Of a DNA stretch of 64,000 nt, positions 29,975 through 44,049 are shown in pieces (the first letter of the stretch is position 1; each line of letters opens with the position of its first letter). Origin of the DNA: Octopus vulgaris. Taxonomy: Eukaryota. The position numbers and the translations under genes were made by a program. The notes under the pieces are model-generated. The model saw only the letters and a program-made list of their open reading frames with translations. It had not been told where the DNA came from and did not search any database. The stretch covers positions 2,170,001 to 2,234,000 of the forward strand of contig OX597819.1 in assembly GCA_951406725.2 (NCBI GenBank), read 5' to 3'.

Positions 29975-32900
29975 CATACATACATACATACATACATACA
30001 TACATACATACATACATACATACATGCATGCATGCATGTATGCATACATGCATGCAGGCATGCATGAATACAATAGATACATACATGCAATATAGACATG
30101 AATAACCGCCCACTCTCAAAGATAAACATTATTGTCAATAGCTCTGCCTGTTTCACTACTTATAAAGAAATCAACTCTGATGCCATATTGTTAATGAATT
30201 ATTTCTTTCTCATAGTTTCTCCATTCTTGTAAGTGCGCTAAGATGTAGTAGCAGCAGTTCGTGGCAGCTGCAGGTGTGTATGTCGCGTATCGATGTGTAT
30301 GAGTTTATTTATATGTGAGTGGAAATCTATAAACTACAGAAAAACACACAACTGTATCTGAGTGCCTGCCTTGAATTCCACCATACACAATGCTAGTAGT
30401 TTAGAATATTTTGCAAATATTAACTGCTTTCTTATTTCATAAACATTCCTTTACATTCAAACCCATTCGTTTGTCTAGTTCTCCGACATTCTTCTGCTAC
30501 TTTACTCCATTGTGCCATATTTGCCTGTAACTGCTATAATTGGATATGTAGGTGTCGTGTGATGATGTAGTTTGTGAATGTGATCTTGCTTGCTTTAATA
30601 TAGCCTCCTTGCTGCATCATTTAGATGCTTTTACAAGTTAACAAGCATATTAAGAACAAAATGACAGCAAAATTAAGACATTTGGAAATGTTTGATTTGA
30701 GAAAGAGTTTCTTTTTCATGTATATTTTTTCTTCTCACGTAAATAATTTTCTCATGTTTTTCTTTTTAAACCTTTCTTGAAATTCAACGATGCTTCCGAA
30801 TTTCTCGTGTGTATAATGCTTATTCTTCGTTTAAGGAATGTTGAGATATGTCTAGTGTATTACAGGTATTTATTCTATCAAACGATGAGTGACAATTAAT
30901 GTTACCACAAACTGGTTTTGAACATAGAAGTGTATGATACCGAAGTATATTAAAATAAAGTGAGGCTTATTCATTTGTTTATAAGGTAGCTTGACGGCTA
31001 TAGAAATAATCCATTTGACTGAATAAGTAGTGTATGTAAAGCACAAATCGGAAAGGATTAAATGTAAACTAGTGACCCTAACGCTTTATCTTCAATTGTT
31101 ATGGCTGTATTGTCCCCATTTATTAGTAGAGAGAATTTACATTAGTGTATTATGTTAAGACTTCGGTTAAGAAATTTAAACATTTACACGATTTTTTTTA
31201 TTGCTCCGATTCTTTTTCTTGCAGATTGTTTGTTTATGTCTAGTTTTTCAATCTTGTATCAGATTTATTTTATACCATTTAAATTTTTATAGAATTATGT
31301 TACATTAGATTCATTATTACTTCATTTTATTCTTAATAGCACATCATAGAAGATATATAAAGCTAAAAATTACATTGTTGATTTATAATGTAGGTGATTC
31401 CATGAACATGGGAATTAAGAGTATTTTATGGCGGTTGGATGACACAATCTTTGAACACTAATTACATTTTCTCTGTTTTCTCGGTTCAAATTCCATCTAG
31501 ATCCACCCTGCTTTGTCAACGTCGATAATCTAAGTAGTGCGCTAGATGTAATCAACTGAAACCTAGAAGGCGGTGCTTTAGCAAGTCATAGTCGAATGGT
31601 TAAAACAAATAAACGATTCTAAAATCAGCAGTAAAACTCTATTTCCATAAACATAGTACTTTTCCATAACTAAACCAATGAAATGATGAATAATGTTCTT
31701 TATTTAGTCTCAAGGAATGAAAAGTAATTTCTCTATTCATTCAGTTTCTGCTACTATAAATTTTGATATTAAAGCTATGACAATGGCTGTGACATGTGTA
31801 CTATGAGAAACAATACTCAGAATATAACGAATAATGAACTTCAACAAAATTATTAATTCGTTAAAACCACAACACATTTATGTATTCTAAGCTCACTTTA
31901 GTTTTCAAGTAATTTCTTTTTCAGATAGCAATTAATCAATTATCTATTCTCACACGGTCTTCTTTACATTGTATATCCAATATATGCTTCGTGGTTGACA
32001 CAGAAAGAAACATTTTACATACTTTGTTAGGCTTAGATCAACATCTTAAATGTCAGCGACCATCGTAGATGACTGAACTTTCCATCCCTGCAGGATCAAA
32101 GTAAGAAAAACAGTAAAGAGAAAAAAAAACATGAAGCTGGGGCGACAGAATCAATAGAATACTCGATAACCTGAATGATTAATATTAAAAATCACCACGA
32201 TTTTAATATATTTGCCAAACTTTATTATTTGTCATATATCAATTTAAGATAGTTAACAATCCAAAAATGGACCACCTAACTGTATGAAATAATAATAACA
32301 TAGCTGAATTGATTAGTGTATCGTTAGCGTATCTTGTGCTACGTTGAATTCTTTCCGTCGTATACAGAGTCCACAATTCCAGAGCAGGACTAAAGAGGAA
32401 ACAACAGATATAAACTGGAAACATTGTGATCGAATATATTTATGATTCTTCTAATATTTGTCACTAGGTTAATATTAACCTACAAAGTCTTCAACATTAA
32501 AGATTTATATATATATGTTATCTTAACTGAAATAGGTGTACCAGTAAGTGTTATTGTATGAGTGTTTATGATGTCTATGCGCAAGTGTTTTGCTGATAGA
32601 ATTGATTTTTGTAGCATATAGTTTGACTGAATGTTTTCAACATGAAAACGACCTTCGAAGATCAGATGTAGTTTGTCACAATCTCAGGATTCCACAACTC
32701 AGAAGATAAAACTAAAAATCTGCTCAGTCATTTATATATTTCATTAAATGATTTGATCATTCGTATCGATTGAGTTATTCAATTCTACTACAAAACATGC
32801 ATGCGAACAAGCACGCAACTATTTATCTGTACGTGTGCACGCGCGTGTATTAGCTTCTATTATCGGGATTATTTCTGGTAGTATGCATTTTCTTCTGTAA

Positions 32901-33647
32901 CGAAAATAATAAAAAGTCACACGAACTGCTTTAAGAGATTGACTGGTTTTTTTTTCCTATGCTGTTTGTGATCTTGAGCAGCTAGCCGGCATTTATTCAT
33001 TTTAGCATGAGTTTCTAAATGTAGTATTTCATACTGAATGTATATTTTATGTATCTCCTACTCTATGCAACGAGTCCTACGGATTTTTTCGTTTTGTTTT
33101 TACTTGTGTTCATGTAATTTTAGGTCTTTTTATTGCCATCACTTAAACTATATTGATAAAGAAATATATTTTCAGCATTTGGTTACCATTGTTTCTTTGC
33201 TATATCCCGTATATAGCTTCAATTTGAATTTGATCTCATAACTATAACGTCAACTGCCTCTTAATATATATATTTTTTTACTTGAAGTTACCTAGTTTTT
33301 TTTAGTTTATTCTTTTTGTGGCATAATATCCATTATGTTTTGATTCTTGCACATCGTTGGTATTAGATGTAGAACATGTAAATACTTGTAATTAAACTAA
33401 TCAGCACCATTTATATTAGATTTTTGTCTTTGCTAACAAAATAATGAGATACCAAGTTCATGTGTCTAGAAAGTGCTAGACATTTCAAGATAATTATGAA
33501 AAAAAATATTTATCAGCATTCACCATTTGCAATAAAAATTTCTCAACCAAAATGAGAGATAACAGTGTGTTTCAATCTCTGCAAATATTCAATTCGAGAA
33601 AATAGCAGATGTTATTCAAACTAGCGAGACATCAAAATAGACCTCAA

Positions 33648-33868
33648 AATATCCTTTCTACTACAGTTACAAAGCCTGAAATTTTGAAGGAGGGGGGGGC
33701 TAGTTGACTGCATTGACTCCGATGCTCAACTGGAACTTTATTTTATCGACTCTGAATGGATGAAAAGCAAAGTCAACTTCGGCAGGATTTGAGCTGAGAA
33801 GGTAGACTCGGAAGGAATGACTCCAAACAGTATGTCTAGCGTGCTAACGTTTGTCAGCTCGCCACCTT
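33648..33868 (-). mobile_element. Meta/MESC SINE copy
   Basis: Same head, core and tail as the 19-21 kb copies. Confidence 0.8.
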
Positions 33869-34989
33869 CTTATTATACAATAAGAAAGAAGAACTGGAAA
33901 ATTTTTCTGTTCTTTATTTTTCTTTTTGGAGAGAGAAAACCAAAATAGGTAATTTACTGAAACGATTTATACATCAAGACCGAAAGAATGTTCATGATTC
34001 TAAGATTACCTGAAGGAATGAGCTTTTACACTGGATTATTGCCTCTCAAGTATACTCTTGACAAGATTCCAATTTTCTTAAGTATGTTTAAGAAGGATTT
34101 TACACGGATATATATTATTGTAACACCAATATATTAATCGAAGCAGAGTTGCCATTGATGGTTATCGACACTGAGTCGGCTATAATTATAACGTTCTAAC
34201 TGGTAATCAATAAAGAAATAATAGTAAGCAATATGGCGAACCCATTTAAAATGTGACGTGAATTTGAAGCATTTTGTCTGATCTTATCGGGGAAATTTAA
34301 CATTCACTATGTTTGCCGAGACAGTGATGAAGCAATAAATAACTATTGAAAATGTACATCTTACTCGTGAAATTACCGTATGTTCATCTCGAAAACTAAA
34401 GAGAACTACAGGTCCGCAGGTCTGCAAGTCTAGAGAAGGATCCCGATAAGCATTTAGCGTAGAGTATGTATATGTATGAATTCCATCAAGAATGATAAGA
34501 GTAGAGGCAGACAATTCAAACCGCCTTTGGTGACAACAGATTTCTTTAGAAGGATGCGTTACTTACCTTTGCGGTTCCGTGGAACACAAAACTGTAACGA
34601 AAACACAGAGAAGACACCGTACTTGTGTAAGTGAGTGTGTGTACTTGCGTGTATGTCTACCATTATTGTTCCTTAGCTCTATATTCATCTGTTATGCGTT
34701 CTACCTTTTTATATTTTAGGAATTTTATTCTTATGAGCAAGAATTTTTTATTATTCCGTACATCGGTTGCTGGGCCCCGCCGAAGTAGATAACCCCCGTA
34801 AGCCTCTCTCTGGAGTCAGAAGTACTACTGCATAAATGATTCCTGCAGTTTGCATTCCATCTTCACCGAAATTAATCTTTTGTTTGCTTATGGTATATAA
34901 ATGAAGTTGCATGCACCTGCGCAGAAATTCAGGTGTAGGACTCCTTGTGGGCAGTAAATCGATTTTGATGAATGTTGAAGTTGATATCA

Positions 34990-35512
34990 TCAATTCAACA
35001 AAACTTATTGCGTCTTAAGAAAGGTGGCTCCGTCATGCTCCTCAGGAACTTGGAACCCCCTAAGGTCTGCAACGGCACGCGTCTGGTCATTCAAAAGGCC
35101 ATGCCTCATGTTATTGAGGCAACAACACTTACAGAATACGGTAAGGGAGGATATGGTAAGGGAGGATATGGTAAGGGAGGATATGGTAAGGGAGTATATT
35201 GTCTTTACCCCAAGGATACCTTTCATTCCATCTGATAAAAACATTCCTTTCACATTCAGAAGGCTGAAATTCCCTCTCCGGCTCAGTTTCGACATGTCGA
35301 TTAACAAATCACAGGGTCAGACGCTGACGATGGAAGGGATTAATTTAAAAGAACTGTGCTTCTTCCATATGGTCAACAGTATGTGGGCGGCCCTCGAGTG
35401 GAGAGCTGACATAACCTATTTGCTTTTGCTACTCGCGAGGAAACCCAAAATATCGTGTACAAGGAAGTTTTGTAGGCGCCAACAAGTAATCGCTGTTTAT
35501 TTATTTATGCAT

Positions 35513-35575
<63 letters not shown>

Positions 35576-36190
35576 TCACTGTATCCGTGTGCTATTTCTG
35601 TCCTTTTGACAATACCACGTACGCCTGTGAGGTTGCTTTTACTATACGTTATAAATGTTCAATGTCTCCGTTTTCCTCATTAATATGTTGCTACCACGCT
35701 TTGTTAACGATATTCCGTAGTTTTAACTTAATTAATCTACTTTTCCCTCCATCTTATTTACACATTTTTTGACATTCCAGCGTGATCTTGCGAAGGCCGT
35801 TTTTGTTGTCACCGACTTTTACATGATTTTCTAGGTTACAATCTCAAATAACAAGCAATACGAATACGACACACCAAAGTGGTGTGAAGGACTTCTTAAG
35901 GGTCACCACCTCTAATCGGAGTCGTCTTTGATGACAGCTCTGCCGCTGGGAATTTTAAGTTAAGAGTGAACGATCGAAGGTCCTCTTCAGGACCACCAAC
36001 AACAAATTGTTATCAGTGGATTCGTCTTAGCTGGCAGCACCGCCACAGAGATATTTCATAGCGAATATTCAAAGGCCCTCTTTAGAGCCAACGCCTATAA
36101 ATTGTTACTTCTATAGTCGTGTTTCTGTTCATTTATACGAATACTCCATTGAGACTTATGCCGAGCAATGTCGGGTACCTCTGCAAGTAT
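34990..36190 (+). mobile_element. Helitron remnant: C-terminal PIF1-type helicase fragment and 3' terminus
   Basis: LRLKKGGSVMLLRNLEPPKVCNGTRLVI, PRIPFIPSD...FRRLKFPLRLSFDMSINKSQGQTL, HGQ.YV, NIVYKEVL* (to ~35475). The terminal hairpin CCGAGCAATGTCGG is followed by CTGCAAGT (CTAG-like end) at ~36160-36188. The 5' boundary was not determined. Confidence 0.8.
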
Positions 36191-36494
36191 ACAATAATGA
36201 GAGGAAAGTAGAGTTTAAACTGACATATGTTCATTTATTAACATAATATAATATTATTTTAATATAAAATAAATATAATTCCTACAATTGCTTCAATTCA
36301 TACTGAAAACTAAATATTTATATTAGGAAAATATTTGAGTAAGAAGCTCATCAGGGTAAACTGGACAAAAATCACATATGAGAAGTTTGAAATAGTAAAA
36401 CAGACTGAATCAATACATGTGTATTTTTGTGTGAGCGTCAAATAAAATAAAATAAAATAAAAATTAATATAACAGTTATAAAATATGTGTGTAT

Positions 36495-36800
36495 ACATTT
36501 AAGAATAATTTTCGTGATGTTTCCATTCGTTCAGAAAGTCGACGATGGCCCTGAACGAGATTGGTCTTCAAGCAACAAGTGACCATTCCTAAAGCGTGAA
36601 AACCACTCGTAAACCTGTGTTTTGCTCATGGCAACGTCCTTGTAAGCTGTTTGAAGCGTGACATCTGTTCCGGCTACCGTTTTAACCATCGCAAAAATCG
36701 ACCAACAGGGGAGAAGCACTGCAAAACAAAGATGCACCACCTGGCTGTACATCATGACCCGGTACGCCGTTCGGCAAACTGATGCCTGAGGATCGCATCA
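36495..36800 (-). mobile_element. Mariner transposase N-terminal fragment
   Basis: LQTAYKDVAMSKTQVYEWFSRFRNGHLLLEDQSRSG matches the mariner HTH region. Confidence 0.75.
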
Positions 36801-36844
36801 AGTGGCTTCAAGCCACAGAAGCCTGACCTAAAAACGACTACAAC

Positions 36845-37120
36845 GGGCTTATTGCCTTGATAGACACACGACGGTCTTCATTCAGAAAATAGCGAATTTT
36901 CTCAGCCTGCTCTGATGTTCTTACGTCCCTCTCCCTCTCACACCTCTTCATCACCTCTCATCTCCTCTCTACCTTCCTTGAACCCATTGTACGAGCAAAA
37001 CATGTTTTGCTCGTACAATTTGATCCATAGGCAGTCTTGATCATTTTATAAGTTCTGTAACATTTTTGCCTAATTTGACACTAAACTTTAATGTATAGTC
37101 CGCTTCCAAATTATCTGCAT
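36845..37120 (-). mobile_element. Second degraded mariner transposase N-terminal fragment
   Basis: Frameshifted translation includes KLGKNVTE/KMIKTAYGSNCTSK and FKEGREE...EKIRYFLNEDRRVSIKAIS. Confidence 0.65.
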
Positions 37121-39275
37121 TGACCTGTACTAACTAGCAACCTGTACTAACAAGCAGTGACCTGTACTAACAAGCAGTGTTTAGTAGGGTGTGTTCAAAA
37201 TTGCTGCTATAGAGGTTTCCTCCAATCTGGAATAAAAAAAGTTGGCAGGTCATCTTACTAGTTGTATATTAATGATTTGCTAAAATTACAATAATGTAGG
37301 ACAGTTAAATCTGTCTCTCATAGAAAAAGTTTCAAACCTTCTGGAATTCTCCTGCATATGTGTGTGTATGCTTATGTGTGTGTGTGTATGTGTGTGTTTG
37401 TGTGTGTGTGTGTGTGTGCGCTTGTGTGTGTGCGTGTGTGGGTGTGCTTGTGTGTGTGTGTGCGCGCGCATGTATGTGCATGTGTGTGTGTATCTATGTA
37501 AATACACTTACACTGAGCCACACAGACATGTGTGTGTGTGTGTGTATTGACTATTAAATGGTAATTTGGGAAATAATTGAAATTAGCGCAGCTAAAATAT
37601 ATGAAAAATTCTCGCCACTCGAAAAGATCTCCTGCATCCATAGTCGTCGGTAATAGCAAGCTTTTAAAGTGCTATTTGTGATCAAACGAGGAAATCTATA
37701 AGTATTATCTGAAAATTTGTAAATGGAATAAATAAAGATGAGAACTTGTTTTATGTGGCATTTATGACACTAGAGTTCAGTTCTGCCGAATATCTAAGGC
37801 TACAACGTCTGTCGGGTAAAACGAGATTGCTGTATCGACCAGTACATACAATATCTTATTCGTATTCCATTAACTATTTGTAAAGAATTGATATTTTAAT
37901 GTATTATGCAGGTAAATTTATAAGGAAATCGTCGGTTTGTCCTCTTTCCGATCGATAAGTAGTTACATAGTCGAAAGAAACATATTTCCACTCACTATTG
38001 AGGTATTTATTGCTGCATAAGAAGTACTAAAACCTTACAACTGTTTGCACTTTTAGAAACTTCCTTAGAAACTCATGAAGCTGCCTATCTTTGGTCGAGA
38101 TAATGTTATAGAATCTAAGATGCTAATGAAACACGACTATGTATAAATTCCTCTTTCACTTTATTTACTGATTCGTCACTTCTTTTATTCTTTTCTTTAG
38201 CTTTCTCCCTTCATTTTCCATGGGACTTTATGTCGTTTATTAAAAGGAATTTCTATCTTTTATGTTGAGTAACATCTCTAATTCAACTTTCGCTTGTACT
38301 TTGTATTTCTGCCTAACTGAAACTTTGTGCACATGTAATAGATATCTCACATCCTTATTGCATCTGTATAAATAAGATAACCTCGTGCAAATGTAACAAA
38401 TTACACATCATTATTTCTTCTTCATATAAATCGTGGACCTTGGTTATATTTAAGAAATTAATCTATATGAGCCGTAGTTCTCTTCTGTCCACCTTATCTG
38501 GTGAAATGAAATAAAAGGCAGTGAACTCACTGATTTTAATCATCGAATTTGCAAATGCAACCGAGGACACCACCCGACACCACCCGACAAAAGTGGTCGT
38601 GAATATTTCACTTTTGAATGCAACATTAGATTGTAGGATGAAAGGAAAAGTTAAGAACAAAGATAATGAAAGAACAACAGAATTGCTGAAACCTTCGGTA
38701 GTAAACCAGTTAATTCGGCAGTTAAACTTATTCCATGTATTGAATGCAATTTTCTTCCTCCACATTAAACTATTTATCGTTGAGTCAATTCTACTCTCCG
38801 TTAAATACATATATATTTTTTCCACTTAAATATTTGTTAATTTACCATTGCAAAATTTATACTTTTCCACTTTGTTTATGGATGCAGAATGTTTGACTAA
38901 CACATTTCATTGAAATGTTACGTTAATATTGTAGTAAAATTATAATAAAATATTCCTGTTTGTAATCACAAATATCACTAACATATAAACACATATCCAC
39001 GAATGTGAGAGCTTTAACAGCTGTCAGGTCTCCTTGAAATGAGGCAGAAAAGGCTATATCATAATGATGAGGACAGAACCTTGACTAGTCATCTGAATAA
39101 ATATAAACGTTATACAACATGTACTGAGTTTACACAATATGAAATAAAATGTTTTTAAAATAAGATTATTTATTAAGCATTTGCTCAGAAGGCGTAAATT
39201 GCAATAATTTAACCACTTAAAAATCATTGTGAATGAATTAGCAGTAAAAGTAATAAATTTAGTATTTTAGATATA

Positions 39276-40535
39276 TTGGGTCATCCCATAAATAATGGGT
39301 TTTTTTCAATTGCATGAACTAAAAGTCGAAGTGCTATGGGATAAACTACCTGCATCAACTTACGATAAAATCAGGTAATAATTTTACTTTGTCTATTCTT
39401 AGTACAAATTTTGAAGAGTGCAGTTCAATTTTAATAGTTATTTTTTCAAAGCTCTAATGGAAGTGACAAAGGAGCATATTCGGCATATTTTGCTTCATCG
39501 CAACACCGCAACCGAAATTGCGAGGAATATTAATGCAGTATATGGGGATTGGACAATAAACGTAAGTCAGTGTCAACGGTAGTTCCAAAAATTCCGAGCT
39601 AGAAACTACAGCCTAAAAGACGAACTTCGTGCTGGTAGATATGTAAAACTCGACGAGGACGTCCTGGAAACCTTGGTAGAACAAAATCCCAACGTAACTG
39701 TTGAGGAACTAGTAGAGAAGCTTGGATTTGGTCATTCATCTATTCATCGACACCTGCGTACCATCGGAAAAGTCAGCAAATTAGGTCAATGAGCTCCTCA
39801 CAAACTTTCCGAGTCTAATTGCGAACAGAGAGTAAATGTGTGCTCTTCTTTGGTATCCATTCTCACGAATGAACCTTTTTAGGACCGAGGTGTGACTAGT
39901 GACGAGAAATGGGCTCTTTATAAAAATGTCAAGGTAGGGAAAGGAGAAACACCGACACTCCGCGCTAAAGAAGGACTTCATCCACGTAAGGTGTTGTTAT
40001 CTGTTTGGTGGGATATGAAAGGTTTAGCCCACTTTGAACTTTTAAACCCAAACCAAACGATGACAAAGGAGATCAGCTGCGAGCAGCTTGAGAGGCTTAA
40101 GACAGCGCTGGAAGAAAAATGGCCATCTTTGGATTCAAGACGAAAGGTTTTCTTCCATCAAGATAACGCTCGGTTACATACAACGAGGATGGCCTTCCAA
40201 AGTCTGGATCAGTTTGAATAGGAAACGATGTCCCACCCACCGTATTCGCCAGACATTGCCCCATCTGATAATCTTTTATTCCGCTGTCTTCAAAATTATT
40301 TGGACGGAAAAAATATGAATTCTGTAGACGAGGTCAGAACAGTACTGGAGGAGTATTTTTTGTCACAGATAAGTGAATTTTGGAAGAGGAGCCTTGCAAA
40401 TCTACCTGATAGATGGAAGAGCATTGTAGAAGATGAAGGGGAGTTTATTTTAGACTAAAATATAACTTTGTTTGCCTTACTTTTGAAAAATGAAAGAAAT
40501 ATAAAAAAACCTGCATTATTTATGGGATTATCCAA
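39276..40535 (+). mobile_element. Complete but inactive mariner (DD34D) DNA transposon, ~1.26 kb
   Basis: TIRs TTGGGTCATCCCATAAATAATG / CATTATTTATGGGATTATCCAA, flanked by TA on both sides. Transposase relic 39457-40458 (MEVTKEHIRHILL..., VTSDEKW, HQDNAR, HPPYSPDIAPSD) with several stops and frameshifts. Confidence 0.93.
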
Positions 40536-41152
40536 TAGAAACAATTTAAACTTTGTTGTCAGCAAAGCGTCGGGTACTGAGCATTGATACATTTACATAC
40601 TTTTCCTTTTGTACTTTATTGTGCAGTTTAACTTAATTTCACAACCTTTATTTATATAATCTTCTCCATTTTTCAGTAAGCTTTTCAATGTGAGACTACT
40701 ATATATTATTTCTTAGTGCGAGACCCAACATATTGTAGCTTTGAATAGCTTAAAGTTACATAATGCAGACCTACCTCATTAGATTAAGCTTCAGACATGT
40801 ATAATTCGCGAAGAGAATAGTACTGAATCTACAATATTCTGTCGATATTGTGAACTTTTGTAACCCCAATGCTGCACCACCAGTACAAATATCCGCTTTC
40901 TTTTATGCATACTTAGTCTCCAAAATGTATAATTCTCTATCTTTCTCCCTCTCAGTCTTATTTTCTGTTTATATTGTTTGATAACATACATTCAGAAAAT
41001 GTCAGTTCAGCTTGGAGATATATTTTTCTAAATACGTCCATCTCTAAACTTCCTTCGTTATTCCAGAGGGAAAATCTTTGGAACTTTATAGCAATATTTC
41101 TAAAAACATTACCCCTTTAATAGGCAAGTTAAACATGAAAGAAACCAATGTA

Positions 41153-41364
41153 GGAGGGGTGTTGAAAAGTTCCTGGCTTTGAGTAAAAGAAAATACAGGA
41201 GGATCAATTAATTATGACTTTATTCAACATATTCCCCCCTCCGATTCACACATTGCAGTGATCCTTCAGTTTTCCTAAGCCCTGTAAAAGAACACGGAAG
41301 GTTAGGCCTCCAATCTGGCCTTTCGCGATACCCTTAAAGCTAGGAACTTGTCAGCATCCCTTCA
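41153..41364. mobile_element. Mariner-type MITE
   Basis: Imperfect ~28-bp TIRs GGAGGGGTGTTGAAAAGTTCCTGGCTTT / AAAGCTAGGAACTTGTCAGCATCCCTTCA, with TA on both sides and no coding capacity. Confidence 0.8.
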
Positions 41365-41859
41365 TACTTGATCGCTACGTAAAAGTATCGTTTGAAACCT
41401 GGAATACGACGAGGATTTACTCGGAAAAGGTCATTATGATTTATTCATATTGGAAACGGTTTAACCTTTCAGCACGCCTACTTCAAGGTTCATCTTTATT
41501 ATTTGTAGTTCTTACCATTTCTTTATCAGTTTTTACATTAGCTTCGAACAATAAATTACCCCGGCCCATCTCCGTTTTTAAGTATTCTTCGCTTCATCTT
41601 CTGAATAAAGGAGTTGTTAGTGATATTGGTGATATTGCTTTTCGTGTTTTTATACTGTGTAGCATTTGTAAACCAAGAATAAAACCATACGCGTGAACCT
41701 TGTTGCAGGAATAAAAGAGAGTCTTAGAGTGTCTGGCCTATGTCTAGTAAGACGGTGAGGATTCTATGCAACATTGGACCAATGCTCTCCAATGCTCTGC
41801 AACATTGGACCAAATGACTCATTTCTACACCAATAAGTTATCCCCCCACCCACCCAAAC

Positions 41860-41985
41860 ACACGCCAAGTGCAAAACCATCGAACAAATAAGATCCCTGG
41901 CCTTGACAATGTCCCTTCCCGTAAACTTAAGCATTGCGCTGCAGAATTTCCTCCTATACTAACTAAATTCTTTAATCTCTTTCTG
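41860..41985 (+). mobile_element. LINE RT N-terminal fragment
   Basis: NKIPGLDNVPSRKLKHCAAEFPPILTKFFNL matches the K.PGPD.IP..VLK.CA.EL..IL..LFN motif. Confidence 0.7.
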
Positions 41986-42157
41986 CTTCTCTCTCTCTCT
42001 CTCTCCTCTCTCTCTTTCTCTCCATCTCTCTCTTCCTCTCTCTCTTTCTCTCCATCTCTCTCTTTTCCTCTCTCTCTCTCTTCCTCTCTCTCTCTCTTCC
42101 TCTCTCTCTTTTTCTCCATCTCTCTTCCCTCACTCTCTCTATCTATTTTTGTATATA

Positions 42158-42687
42158 CGAGGGTGAGTCAAAACGTAATGCCATTTTGTGTAGGACAGGT
42201 ATAATAACCAACACAGAGACATGTATCATACATCAAAATGAAGCTGGTCCTCTGTGGATCACATCCCTACTTCTCAACATAGTCACCGTTTCTCTCAATA
42301 GCAATGTTCCACTTTCGAACTAGAGCATGTATCCCTGCCGAGTAAAATTCTGTTGACTGTTCTTTGAGCTACTTCTTCACTACAGTTTTCACTTCCTCGT
42401 CACTGGAATAATCTTTGGCTCCATGAAAGAGGGTTTGAGAGGCAAACATTATTCTAGGGACGAGGAAGTCAAAACTGTAGGGAAGAAGTAGCTCAAACAA
42501 TTTTACGGGGCAGGGATACATGCTCTCATTCGATGGTGGAACATTGCTATTGAGGGAAACGGTGACTCTATTAAGAAGTAGGGATACGATCCACAGAGGA
42601 CCAGCTTCATTTTGGTGTAGACATGTTCCTGTGTTGGTAATTATACCAGTCCTAAACAAAATGGGATTACCTTTTGACTCACCCTCG
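42158..42687. mobile_element. Fold-back mariner derivative made of two inverted 3' halves
   Basis: Termini CGAGGGTGAGTCAAAA / TTTTGACTCACCCTCG. The ~255-bp arms are reverse complements and each encodes a transposase C-terminus (KEGLRGKHYSRDEEVKT...IHALIRWWNIAIEGNGD). Confidence 0.88.
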
Positions 42688-42693
42688 TGTGTG

Positions 42694-42740
<47 letters not shown>

Positions 42741-42949
42741 TCTTTTACTCTTTTATTTGTTTCAGTCAGTTGACTGCGGCCATGCTGGAGCACCGCCTTT
42801 AATCGAGCAACTCGAACCCGGGACTTATTCTTTTGTAAGCCCAGTACTTATTCTATCGGTCTCTTTTGCCGAAACGCTAAGTAACGGGGACATAAACACA
42901 CCACCATCGGTTGTCAAGCAATGTTAGGGGGACAAACACAGACACACAG

Positions 42950-43007
<58 letters not shown>

Positions 43008-43019
43008 GACACACTACAT

Positions 43020-43123
<104 letters not shown>

Positions 43124-43536
43124 GTATATATGTACGTATGTATGTATGTATGTATATAAAAAATGAGGAGTGGAACAGGTAATGTAGAGATTACAACTGT
43201 TTCACAGCAAGCTGAAATCGGTTTGGTAAGTTGTAACGACCATAATCCCGCTTAGATAATCTTCCAGTTTCTGTTACCTCAACGTTGTTTACGTTGTCAC
43301 TAGGAGATGGAAAGTTGATACATTTTTCATTACCTTCAAAGTAATATTGGAGACAACCATTAACAAATGATGTATTAAATCCACGTATGACAGATTGAGA
43401 TAGCTTAAGACATTTATCCATTAACATACTTATACAGAAACATACCTACATATAAGAATATAAGAATACATATACAGGTATACATATCCATACTTATATA
43501 TACCTGCATAAATGCACTCTCTCTCTCTCTCTCTCT

Positions 43537-43575
<39 letters not shown>

Positions 43576-43668
43576 GCTTATATATATACATTATATATAT
43601 ATATATATACACATATATATATATATATATATATGTATGTATACATATATATTTACATATTACATATA

Positions 43669-43772
<104 letters not shown>

Positions 43773-43790
43773 ATATGTAAATATATATGT

Positions 43791-43885
<95 letters not shown>

Positions 43886-43926
43886 ACATATATATTTACA
43901 TATTACATATATATATATATATATGT

Positions 43927-43959
<33 letters not shown>

Positions 43960-44049
43960 CTTTGATACTTTGATACTTTGATAGGTTTCGGCCATTATTG
44001 GCCCAGGCCATGTCTAACTTAATAGCACCACCTGGTGAAGTCTTTCAAG

